Below the pieces are notes generated by a model. It ran no database searches. It worked only from the letters and a program-made list of their open reading frames with translations, and was not told the DNA's origin. A program made the translations under genes and the position numbers. Of a stretch of 64,000 nt of DNA, positions 12,733 to 24,814 are shown piece by piece. Source of the stretch: Eledone cirrhosa. Lineage: Eukaryota. Within the stretch, counting starts at the first letter, position 1, and every line of letters begins with the position of its first letter. Location of the stretch: the NCBI GenBank assembly GCA_964016885.1, contig OZ024746.1, positions 69,316,001-69,380,000 on the forward strand, written 5' to 3'.

Positions 12733-14260
12733 ATTATTATTATTTGTAACACCTTTGTTCAGGCAGATGTTAGATCGATAATATACCAAAAGAGCGAGCC
12801 ATAGCCAATAGCCAAAGGTCCTTTGGATCATTCCTTCTCCTTCAACTTTCCAACACCCTTCTTAAAATCCTTGCTGTTTCCAGCGTGGTTGTTTTCTGCA
12901 ACAATCCTGTCCTGATGGTAATTCCTAGCTTCTCAAGCCATGAATCCAACCATCTACCAACTGCTCTCAGTGCGCCAATCACAATCGGTTCCACTTCTAC
13001 GCGTCTGATTCTCCACAGTTTCCTCATTTGTCCCTTCAAGTCCTGGTATTTCTTAATTTTCTCACTTTCCTTCTCATTCACCCTGTGGTGCCACGGTAAA
13101 GCAATATCCACAATGCATGCTTTGTTGTTATTCTTTTCTACGACAACAATGCCAGGCTTTCTAGTCAAGATAGAGTGGTCGCACTGGTTTGCCATGTCCC
13201 ACAAGCTCTTATATAGTTCATTTTCAGCCACCCTTTCCGATTGGTATTCAAACCATTTCTCATTTCTGCTCATGTCATACTTATGACAGAACTTCCAATG
13301 AACCAATTTGGCAATGTTGTCGTGCCTTCTCTTGTACTCTTTCGGAGCAATCATCTTACATTCACTAATGATGTGGCTTATTGTCTCTTCTTTCTCGCCA
13401 CACAACCTACAAAGTGCTTGTTCTTGAGCTGCAAAAATAAGGGCTTCAGTTTCAACTTTTAAGTCACATTTCCTAGTCCATTCCCAGTTCCTATCTTTCT
13501 CAACTGTCTCAAGCTTTTTACGTACGAATTGACAATACGTTTTTTTCTTCCCTCTATTCAATGTGTCATTCTGTCTGTCTTATTTAAATTCTCCCTTTTC
13601 CTTTGCTTCATTACTGTTTAGGACCTTTATCTTTCTTACTATTGCCGTCAATCTATCCTTTGAATTCTTTACATACAATGCCAGATTATTTTCTTCCGGC
13701 TTCACACACATTTCACAGCTAATGAGACCTCTTCCCCCTCTTCTGTAGTGATATATACAACCTGTCCACATCACTTTTGGGGTGTAATGCCCCTTGTAGT
13801 GTCATCATTTTCTTGGTTTTTCTATCAAGCTCCTTAAGTTCATCACATCTCCAGTCTATTACACCAGTGCTATACTTTAGCACTGCAACAGCCCATATGT
13901 TGATAGCCAATATCTTATTCTTACCACTTACATTTACCATAAAGTTTTAAGTCACCTATGAACAGTAGATGGTTTATCTTAAACTTGCGTCCTCTCTACT
14001 CGTGTCCAGCCTTTGACCTTATCAACACCAATTAAAGTGGAACCATACATAGTACAAACAGCAAAGGTGAAAGACAGTCTCCCTGAAATATTGCTCTCTT
14101 GATTTTCACAACTCCCAATGTTCGCCAACAGCTCAGTCTTCCAACCATCCATACTGCTCAACAAAAACTGTCTGTTAGCTTCAATACCAAACATTTTCAA
14201 ACATTCTACTATCCAGCTATGTGGCACCATATCGTAAGCCTTGCAGTAATCGATCCAGAG
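12733..14260 (-). mobile_element. Dong/R4-like LINE fragment ending in a (TAA)n tail
   Basis: AYDMVPHSW, DVDRLY, RGGRGL, ETEALIFAAQEQAL, CRLCGEKEETISHIISEC, RRHDNI, KPGIVV, PIVIGAL; taataataat at the 3' end. Confidence 0.9.
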
Positions 14261-15615
14261 AAGCACCGAATGCTGGCCCATATATATTTCGTACTCAATA
14301 TCAAGCATTTTCAAATAGATGTGAATTTCTTCTAGTATTGATTGAAATGCTCCTATAATTATAGGTATGATATATGTGTTCCTTACCCACATTCTACTCA
14401 ATTCAACTTATAATTCCATATAATAGTCCAGCTTTTGAACTCGCTTGAGCTTCAAATTGTTATCAACTGGGCTTGCCACATTGATAACATAGTACTTACT
14501 TGTTCTTTTCCCAACAATAGCTATGTTGAGCCTTTGATGTGTGATTTCGCTGTTTATTTGTATACACATATCTCACAACATTTTGGCATTTGTGTTTTCA
14601 ATAACTGCTCTTAGTTTATATTGATACCATTTGTCAGTAATTTCCATGCCATATTTCCATGCATAGTAACATGTAGAGGTTAAGTTAGATTTTGGTATTT
14701 TTTTAAAAACTTTTTGTAGGTCAGCATACTGCATCCTTCAACTATATGCAAAACATTCTCAACATACTCTCCATACAATCTATACCTATTAGAGACTTCC
14801 ATTCTACAAATATCTCTTTTGATCGAATTTATCTTCAACGCTTGTTCTTGAGCAGCCATAATGAGGCTTTCTGTTTCTCTTTTCAAGTTCCCTGCCAGTT
14901 TCAAGATTTATTAGTTTTTACAGCTTTCGTTTCCCGTTCAAATTGTCCATGCAATACTTTACTTTCAATTTCATTGATCTTTCCTTGCACTCGCATTTTT
15001 AATACTCCCTTTCACCCCAATTGTTGCCAGGTACAATCTTTCCGGTTTAGCCATACCTCTCAAAAGAGTTTCTTCACTGCTTGCTAATTAAAAATACAAA
15101 CTTCATAATTCTCTTGCTCAGCATTCTTCAACCTAAATCAAATCGACAATTCAAGCTGGATTTCTTCTGTTCTTTGTAAACAAAGTCATTCTATGTCTGC
15201 TTTAGGGTGGTGCATTTTATTCATTGTCAACAATTTCCGAATTTTTTTTATTATCAAGCTTACAGATTTCAGCACTTGACGTGTTACGGTCGGTATGGCT
15301 AAAGTATTAATTGCGTCAGCCCTGTTTCCTACCCTGTGATAACATACCTTCTGATCTTTTCCCTCATCGCTGAGTTTTTAATTCCATCATATACCCTCAA
15401 ATATTAGTAACCATTCTCTGGTTCAAACTCCTTTACAGCAGTTTGTTGATTAAGTTGAATGTTGGATGTTTTTTGACAGTTTGCTGATGAAGGCAGCTTT
15501 TAACATTTATCAAGGCCAAGTTCCATCCAAAACTATTTTACAACTGATAATAAGCCTTGTAGTTGGTGGTAATTTTTTTGCGAAGAACTTAAAACATCCA
15601 TGTAAAAAAGATGAC

Positions 15616-15616
<1 letters not shown>
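14261..15616 (-). mobile_element. second, older Dong/R4-like LINE fragment
   Basis: ETESLIMAAQEQAL, ENVLHIVEGC, IIPIIIGAF; the 5' edge abuts the (TAT)n array at 15617. Confidence 0.75.
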
Positions 15617-15688
<72 letters not shown>

Positions 15689-16168
15689 GGGCGGTGGATT
15701 GGCAGTGTCGGTAGAGGGTCGGACGCCATGCTTTGACGTATATAGTTACGGCCCTTGCCATTCTGAGTTCAAATCCCGCCGAGGTTAACTTTGCCTTTCA
15801 CCCTTACGGGGTCGATAAAATAAATACCAGTAATGCTCTGGGTAATTGCTGGCCTTGTGCCAAAAGTAGAAACAATTATTATTATTATTATTATTATTAT
15901 TATCATCATCATCATTGGTGGATTGGCAGAATCGGTAGAGCGTTGGACAATATGCTTTGCAGCATAGAGTTACGGCCCTTTACGTTCCCAGTTCAAATCC
16001 CGCCGAGGTTAGCTTTGCCTTTCATCCTTACGGGGTCGATAAAATAAAACACCAGTAATGCAATGGAGTCGATTTAATCGACTTTCCCCTCCCCTTCAAA
16101 TTGCTGGCCTTATGCCTGTATAAGAAATCTTTATTATTATTATTATTATTTTTATTATCATTATTATA

Positions 16169-16244
<76 letters not shown>

Positions 16245-16636
16245 TTCTTTGTTATTTCAACCTCTGTTTTTTTACACGCAGAAATGCCCATTTGTACCGT
16301 CCTGTATTGTCCTGTACTGTCCTTAATGTCTACTTTATGTGAACCCTTGTGGTTAATAAAGAAAACATTATTATTATTATTATTATAAAGTACCAGTAAT
16401 ACACTGGGTAATTACTGGCCTTGTGCCAAAAGTATAAAAAATTATTTGAATTGGCAGTATCGGTAGAGGGTCGGATATGCGTTCCAGCATAGTTACGTCC
16501 CTTTACGATCTGAGTTCAAATCCCACCGAGGTTAACTTTGCCTTTCATCCATACAGAGGTCGATAAAATAAAGTACCAGTAATGTACTGGGTAATTGCTG
16601 GCCTTGTGCCAAAAGTAGAAACAATTATTATTATTA

Positions 16637-16695
<59 letters not shown>

Positions 16696-16696
16696 T
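15617..16696 (+). mobile_element. cluster of 3-4 SINEs (15688-15875, 15916-16130, 16387-16443 partial, 16448-16626) separated by (TTA)n arrays
   Basis: repeated SINE head, B-box and central domain; each copy ends in agaaac(a)att(att)n or a close variant. Confidence 0.9.
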
Positions 16697-17478
16697 TGTG
16701 TTTATATAAAGCTTTCCACTTCTTTTACACAACCATGCACATTTTTGTTTTATTTCTCAGCTCGTCCGAACAAGGAAGAGAATACAATAAGGTGAAAATC
16801 AGCAGATAGTTCATAGTTTGGACTGTTACTCAATCCCAGAAAAGGGGAGCCCATATTATATCCCCATTTTATTTGGCGTCTTTGGTTCGGTCAAATTTAA
16901 CACGGAGTTGATTTAAACACTTTCACTAATATTTGTTACTATTTAAAACCTCAGCCAATAATACTTGAATTAAAACAATATAAAAAGTCACACAGATGGA
17001 ATTTAAGATTCTTATTTATCTTCTACATTTCATTGTTTGCAAACAAGAAGACGTGATATTTATATGACAATGTACAGTTTGGAATTCGAAAGATATTGGA
17101 GTGACCCACATTACTTCGTGAGCAGTATTAGGCACATATATTTTCGAAAGGATCAAAGAGATACGACCTTTGTCATACAGAGAAACTCCACATCATTGAT
17201 CACTGCATCCTAATCTATATTAAAAATATCTGTACGTCCATTTTTTTTATCCTTCTGTCACACACGAATGCTACTATTTGTCAGAAGCGATCTATTTAAA
17301 AAAAAATTGATTTATAATTAATGCTTTCTTTATTGTTTATAATTAATGGAACATAAATGTAAGACTAAAAGGGAGTAGAAATGTTCCAAAACGTTTTCTG
17401 CAAACAGTGTTATCTTCTCTTCCCTCTTTCATCTCTCTCTTTCTCTTTTTCCCTATGTCTGTCTCCCCCCCTTCTCTC

Positions 17479-17981
<503 letters not shown>

Positions 17982-18328
17982 ATTGAGATGAACGGAACAA
18001 GTAAATATTAAACATTCTTTTAAAATAAATTAAAATACAATTTAAATATTCACCTGTCCAAATTGCTTTTACCGACGGTTTCGCCTCGAACAACAACTGT
18101 ATTATAGACACCCTATATATTTCCGTGGGTTCTTAGTACCCGTGGGGATATTAATCTCATTTTATATATATATATATATATTTAACGAAGACTATAAGAT
18201 GAGTATGTTAGAATGATTATAACAGTTGTTAGATTTAATAACAAAAATAAATGATTTTAGTTTATATCTGGTTTACTTCATTTGAGTCAAAAAGAAGAAT
18301 AAACATGAGTCAAAAAGAAGAATAAACA

Positions 18329-18818
18329 TGTTACGACGAGTTGCGAAGGTTGACACTGTTATTTTGTTGTTGATATGAAAACAGCGAGCGACGAGATAAA
18401 GTTTGTTGGTGGTTAAAGCTTGTTGCAGTCGTCATAGTAGTTTTCGTCGTGAGTCTGAGACCATAGTGAGTGAGAGATAGTAATGGTCTGTAATTGATTG
18501 TAGACTACTGTGGCTTGTAGATAGCGGAATATCTTTCACATAGCGGGTCTGTAGAGTAGTAGGGCTCTGATCTCTCTGTATCTCTGTAGACCTCTAGGGT
18601 CTGTTGATAGCGCTGAATCTTTACACAGTTTGTTGTGTATCGTAGAGCTCCGATCTATATGTTCAAGGTGGGAAAATATAGGCTTTATATACCTGTCACT
18701 TTCTGCCTCCCACCTTTAGGGGATAGCCCACGCATGAACCTGTTCACACCAAAAGGGTGATGACCTAGAATTTGACCTTTAGGTGTCACCCAAGGTTCAA
18801 GGCGCGGACAGATTTCAC

Positions 18819-18822
<4 letters not shown>
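18329..18822 (-). mobile_element. possible solo LTR
   Basis: TGTTACG...CACCACA termini, about 490 bp, minus-strand TATATAA; TSD is imperfect (aaca/caca). Confidence 0.35.
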
Positions 18823-18855
<33 letters not shown>

Positions 18856-18869
18856 CGTCAGTCAATGGA

Positions 18870-19076
18870 CTTTCGTCAAATCGGACCGAGGAAATAATGT
18901 TTCCATGGGTCTTTCCAATTGCTAATACAATCTATCGGTCGCAACTCCAGGTAGAAGGAGCAACGCGAAATAAAGTGTCTTGCTCAAGAACATAACGCAC
19001 CACCCGGTCCGGGAATCGAAATCACAACCTCACGATTGCGAATCCAATTCTCTTACCACTCAGCCACGCGCCTTCA
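18870..19076 (-). mobile_element. CORE-like tRNA-derived SINE
   Basis: minus-strand ggcgcgtggctgagtggtaag...ttcgattcccgg...ttcttgagcaagacacttta. Confidence 0.75.
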
Positions 19077-19206
19077 CCCCCCCCCCCCCATATATATATA
19101 TATATATGGCCGGACTCACTCGATATGCAAATTAGGCTGCTCAGCCGTTAATTTTCATAAGGAAAGTATATACTTTCGAACGTTCAACCATCTGGCAGAA
19201 GGGTAT

Positions 19207-19249
19207 ACGATGTTGATGATAGCTAACAAGCTTGAAACTAGTACATCGT
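19207..19249 (+). ncRNA. minimal type I hammerhead ribozyme, core-mutated copy (UUGAUGA)
   Basis: acgatg TTGATGA tagc-taacaa-gctt GAAA ctag TA catcgt. Confidence 0.65.
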
Positions 19250-19400
19250 TCCTGTGTCAGTGTTGAACAAAAAGGTGACGTGGTTGCCTTAACACCGTAC
19301 GGCATAAATTCAGGCTGTTCAGTTTGTTTACAAACGAACAAAGCGGGCGCTATAATAAGCGTCCGCTAAACTGATACGTACATATATGTATGTGTACCTG

Positions 19401-19431
<31 letters not shown>

Positions 19432-19666
19432 GCATGCTACTGTACGTCTGTATACATATATGTATGTACGTATACATACATACTTACATTTAAGTAAGTG
19501 CCGTACTGAGAGTGAGAAATGAAATTTCGTTTTCATTTTATTACAACTTGTCGTTCTCGGTACGCCTGGCCGGACTCACTCGATATGCAAATTAGGCTGC
19601 TCAGCCGTTAATTTTCATAAGGAAAGTATATACTTTCGAACGTTCAACCATCTGGCAGAAGGGTAT

Positions 19667-19709
19667 ACGATGCTGATGATAGCTAACAAGCTTGAAACTA
19701 GTACATCGT
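19667..19709 (+). ncRNA. minimal type I hammerhead ribozyme
   Basis: stem I acgatg/catcgt, CTGATGA, stem II agc/gct, GAAA, palindromic stem III ACTAGT, GUA cleavage triplet. Confidence 0.85.
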
Positions 19710-19860
19710 TCCTGTGTCAGTGTTGAACAAAAAGGTGACGTGGTTGCCTTAACACCGTACGGCATAAATTCAGGCTGTTCAGTTTGTTTACAAACGAACA
19801 AAGCGGGCGCTATAATAAGCGTCCGCTAAACTGATACGTACATATATGTATGTGTACCTG

Positions 19861-19906
<46 letters not shown>

Positions 19907-20138
19907 TGCTACTGTACGTCTGTATACATATATGTATGTACGTATACATACATACTTACATTTAAGTAAGTGCCGTACTGAGAGTGAGAAATGAAATTTC
20001 GTTTTCATTTTATTACAACTTGTCGTTCTCGGTACGCCTGGCCGGACTCACTCGATATGCAAATTAGGCTGCTCAGCCGTTAATTTTCATAAGGAAAGTA
20101 TATACTTTCGAACGTTCAACCATCTGGCAGAAGGGTAT

Positions 20139-20181
20139 ACGATGCTGATGATAGCTAACAAGCTTGAAACTAGTACATCGT
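20139..20181 (+). ncRNA. minimal type I hammerhead ribozyme
   Basis: identical motif in unit 3. Confidence 0.85.
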
Positions 20182-20332
20182 TCCTGTGTCAGTGTTGAAC
20201 AAAAAGGTGACGTGGTTGCCTTAACACCGTACGGCATAAATTCAGGCTGTTCAGTTTGTTTACAAACGAACAAAGCGGGCGCTATAATAAGCGTCCGCTA
20301 AACTGATACGTACATATATGTATGTGTACCTG

Positions 20333-20370
<38 letters not shown>

Positions 20371-20602
20371 TGCTACTGTACGTCTGTATACATATATGTA
20401 TGTACGTATACATACATACTTACATTTAAGTAAGTGCCGTACTGAGAGTGAGAAATGAAATTTCGTTTTCATTTTATTACAACTTGTCGTTCTCGGTACG
20501 CCTGGCCGGACTCACTCGATATGCAAATTAGGCTGCTCAGCCGTTAATTTTCATAAGGAAAGTATATACTTTCGAACGTTCAACCATCTGGCAGAAGGGT
20601 AT

Positions 20603-20645
20603 ACGATGCTGATGATAGCTAACAAGCTTGAAACTAGTACATCGT
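20603..20645 (+). ncRNA. minimal type I hammerhead ribozyme
   Basis: identical motif in unit 4. Confidence 0.85.
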
Positions 20646-20796
20646 TCCTGTGTCAGTGTTGAACAAAAAGGTGACGTGGTTGCCTTAACACCGTACGGCA
20701 TAAATTCAGGCTGTTCAGTTTGTTTACAAACGAACAAAGCGGGCGCTATAATAAGCGTCCGCTAAACTGATACGTACATATATGTATGTGTACCTG

Positions 20797-20834
<38 letters not shown>

Positions 20835-21066
20835 TGCTACTGTACGTCTGTATACATATATGTATGTACGTATACATACATACATACATTTAAGTAAGTG
20901 CCGTACTGAGAGTGAGAAATGAAATTTCGTTTTCATTTTATTACAACTTGTCGTTCTCGGTACGCCTGGCCGGACTCACTCGATATGCAAATTAGGCTGC
21001 TCAGCCGTTAATTTTCATAAGGAAAGTATATACTTTCGAACGTTCAACCATCTGGCAGAAGGGTAT

Positions 21067-21109
21067 ACGATGCTGATGATAGCTAACAAGCTTGAAACTA
21101 GTACATCGT
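21067..21109 (+). ncRNA. minimal type I hammerhead ribozyme
   Basis: identical motif in unit 5. Confidence 0.85.
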
Positions 21110-21257
21110 TCCTGTGTCAGTGTTGAACAAAAAGGTGACGTGGTTGCCTTAACACCGTACGGCATAAATTCAGGCTGTTCAGTTTGTTTACAAACGAACA
21201 AAGCGGGCGCTATAATAAGCGTCCGCTAAACTGATACGTACATATATGTATGTGTAC

Positions 21258-21294
<37 letters not shown>

Positions 21295-21526
21295 TGCTAC
21301 TGTACGTCTGTATACATATATGTATGTACGTATACATACATACTTACATTTAAGTAAGTGCCGTACTGAGAGTGAGAAATGAAATTTCGTTTTCATTTTA
21401 TTACAACTTGTCGTTCTCGGTACGCCTGGCCGGACTCACTCGATATGCAAATTAGGCTGCTCAGCCGTTAATTTTCATAAGGAAAGTATATACTTTCGAA
21501 CGTTCAACCATCTGGCAGAAGGGTAT

Positions 21527-21569
21527 ACGATGCTGATGATAGCTAACAAGCTTGAAACTAGTACATCGT
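21527..21569 (+). ncRNA. minimal type I hammerhead ribozyme
   Basis: identical motif in unit 6. Confidence 0.85.
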
Positions 21570-21720
21570 TCCTGTGTCAGTGTTGAACAAAAAGGTGACG
21601 TGGTTGCCTTAACACCGTACGGCATAAATTCAGGCTGTTCAGTTTGTTTACAAACGAACAAAGCGGGCGCTATAATAAGCGTCCGCTAAACTGATACGTA
21701 CATATATGTATGTGTACCTG

Positions 21721-21758
<38 letters not shown>

Positions 21759-21870
21759 TGCTACTGTACGTCTGTATACATATATGTATGTACGTATACA
21801 TACATACTTACATTTAAGTAAGTGCCGTACTAAGAGTGAGAAATGAAATTTCGTTTTCATTTTATTACAA

Positions 21871-21934
<64 letters not shown>

Positions 21935-21935
<1 letters not shown>

Positions 21936-22237
21936 GATATTAATAAATGGAAACTATATTTATAAAACCATATTTATTTCATTATACATATTTCAGGGAT
22001 ACCATATTAAGTTATGGTATGCCTTCATCAGACAGCATATTAAGTTATGGTATGCTGTGCAGACAGCATCCGAAAGTAATGGTTGTATTTTAAAGGGTAC
22101 GTCAAAGCTATTTGTAAAACTGTTATATATTGTATTTTGTCTGATGAAGGCATACCATAATTTAATATGGTATCCCTGAAATATGTATAATGAAATAAAT
22201 ATGGTTTTATAAATATAGTTTCCATTTATTAATATCG
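21935..22237. repeat. 100-bp inverted repeat (21935-22034 / 22138-22237) containing a hammerhead-like core; probable Penelope pseudo-LTR remnant
   Basis: arms are reverse complements with about 1 mismatch; CTGATGA-agg.ataccata/tatggtat.cct-GAAA at 22141-22181. Confidence 0.8.
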
Positions 22238-22707
22238 TATATCTACTCCAAAAACTTGTCGAGTGCTTTATATCAGTTATAAAAATATTTACTTGTTGTA
22301 TCCTAACTACTTTAAATAGAAATTTTGCATATATATATATATATATTTACCTACACACATACATGTACATAATACAGACACATGGATACACACACACACA
22401 TTATATATCAAGGAAGCAAACATTTTCATTTACTTGTTAATATGTGTTTGAGATACGTTGGCTGAGTGCTTATGGCGCGAGTGGAACTATTTTGAATTTC
22501 GTCTCCTACCGTCACGTAAATTTTTGAACTAGTAGCAAATCGGCTGGCGGCATTGTGATGACGCGTAGGGATTTCAGTTGCTAATGTATTACTGTGTTGA
22601 CCGTAACATTCACAGTCATAGCCGACCCAGACTGGCTATCGTGTCATGAAAATGAAGATAAGGCCAATCTTATTTAATTTATCTCTCTTTCTAATGTTTT
22701 TTTTAAA

Positions 22708-23086
22708 ATTTAGGCACAATGCCCACAATTTTGGGGGAGAGGAAAGTCGATTAAATCGACCCCAGTGAGTTATTGGTACTTTATTTTATCGACCTCGTAA
22801 GGATGAATGGTAACGCTAACATCGGCAGGATTTAGACTCGAAACGTAAAGGGCCGTAACTATATGCCACAAAACATCTTGTCCGACGCTCTACCGATACT
22901 GCCAATCCACTGCCCTATCTCTATAATAAAATGAGTGAAAATAATAACGCTGGCATTTTTTTTATCGATCTCAGAATGATAAAAGATAAAATTGACCTCG
23001 GCGGGATTTTAATTCAGAGCTCAGTGAACCAGAACGAATATTGCATGCTATCTTACGTTCTAACGACTCTGCCGATTTACCGCCTT
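22708..23086 (-). mobile_element. SINE copy (22708-22916) plus partial copy (22955-23086)
   Basis: same family as 7137-7590. Confidence 0.8.
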
Positions 23087-23144
23087 CACAGACATATACT
23101 GACTGTTAAATATAAATCACCCCTTTACGTTAGACATACACTAA

Positions 23145-23895
23145 CAATGGCGGACTGGGTTTAAAAATATTGGTTGCCAGGAGATAAAGGGAGCCCACCC
23201 ACACATAAAATGCTATCAGTTAATTTTTATAGGGAATAAATAACATTTTAAAAAAATTCATAAGTGAAAACAAAACAGTGCAATCAAATTTTTGCGGGAA
23301 AAAAATGTGTATTTTTTACTAATCATAGTGTATATATATTGTACAGATTACTGGCAGTATACAGTAATAGTAAATGTTAATACAGAATGTTATAATTGAA
23401 TTTTCAAATAATTGTGAATGTATAGTATACTGTTATTTAGAGTAGAGTTTCAGAGGGCGGTGGATTGGTAGTATCGGTAGAGGGTCGGACGCCATGCTTT
23501 CCAGTTCAAATCCCGCCGAGGTTGACTTTGCCTTTCATCCTTACGGGGTCGATAAAATAAAGTACCAGTAATGCACTGGGTAATTTGCTGGCCTTGTGCC
23601 TAAAGTAGAAACAGTTATTTAGTGGAGAGTTTGCAAGTGACCGTTCTTACCTTCTCCAATAAAAAGTATCTTGCGAAATATACACATCCAGAGACTTTCA
23701 ATAATTGTTTCTACTTTAGGCACAGGGTCAGCAATTACCCAGTGCATTACTGGTACTTTATTTTATCGACCCCGTAAGGATGAAAGGCAAAGTCAACCTC
23801 GGCTGGATTTTCAATAATGACCTTGGATCTTTCACACACACTCAATATATATGTATATATATCTGGGAGTGTATGTATGTGTGTACATGTACATG

Positions 23896-23928
<33 letters not shown>

Positions 23929-24044
23929 GTATACATACATGTTTTCAACTTGTAGAAAATTTATTTGGCGACTCATTCTCCCTAGCGACTTTACGTATGT
24001 CTTTAACTCATTGATATAAAAAATTTATTCAGCCCGCAGCTCGT

Positions 24045-24079
<35 letters not shown>

Positions 24080-24288
24080 AAACTCCTTTTTTCTTTTCCC
24101 CTCCTGTTCCGTCCTAACCACCATCCTAGGACGGAACAGGAGGGGAAAAGAAAAAAGGAGTTTCCATCGCCAGCTGTAAATGTACCCCGAACCGATGTTT
24201 CGGCGCTGAATTACAGGACATCGGTGTAGTTCGGGTGCGCCCGAGGCCTTTTATTAATCAAAAGGCCAGGTGGAAAAAGGAGAGAGAA

Positions 24289-24364
<76 letters not shown>

Positions 24365-24679
24365 ATGTGTGTGTGTGTGTCCATGTATATATGCATGCAT
24401 GAATGAATACAGTTAGCTATAAATTCAGACAACCAATGATTCTAACTGTTAGCACTATCATATATTTTGGTTTCTATTAATTCCTTATGGAATTGTTTGA
24501 CCAAATGCTTTGCTTATTTGTTTATTCATTAAAAAAAAAATTCTTTCTCTAAGACATTTTTTAAAGATATTTTTTGAAAGCAAAGCATTGGCCCCTAAAA
24601 TACTACAGTGGGTTCCTGCAATGGAACCATGGGCCCCCGGGGTCCACTTGCCATTGGATAACCTGGCAGTCCGCCACTG
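23145..24679. mobile_element. non-autonomous hAT-type DNA element carrying nested insertions
   Basis: TIRs caatggcggactg / cagtccgccactg; 8-bp TSD tacactaa (23137-23144) / tacaccaa (24680-24687). Confidence 0.75.
23454..23810. mobile_element. tail-to-tail inverted SINE pair (23454-23616 +, 23700-23810 -)
   Basis: about 105 bp are near-perfect reverse complements. Confidence 0.85.
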
Positions 24680-24814
24680 TACACCAATGTTCTGTTCTGG
24701 AATTTTTATATGTTTATTTACAAACCAGTAAGACAGTATAAACCAGTAAGACAGTAATTCGCTAAGGATGGAACATACAGAATTCTCGTGTCTTTTCTCG
24801 CTTTCAACACTATG

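Larger units (their letters stand above)
19107..21873 (+). repeat. tandem array of about 6 near-identical 460-472 bp units (starts 19107, 19567, 20039, 20503, 20967, 21427), each with a hammerhead motif; retrozyme-like
   Basis: units differ mainly in the length of an internal (TA)n; array flanked by (TA)n on both sides; last unit lacks about 17-20 bp. Confidence 0.95.

Noticed and set aside
15688-15790. tRNA genes suggested by A/B boxes
   Set aside because: These are SINE heads followed by the shared central domain and tail; no proper cloverleaf
19107-21873. Repeated 66-aa minus-strand ORF (MFVCKQ...) as a tandem gene family, or the array as CRISPR-like
   Set aside because: Non-ATG start, no recognisable domain and antisense to the ribozyme; units are identical with no unique spacers; eukaryotic context
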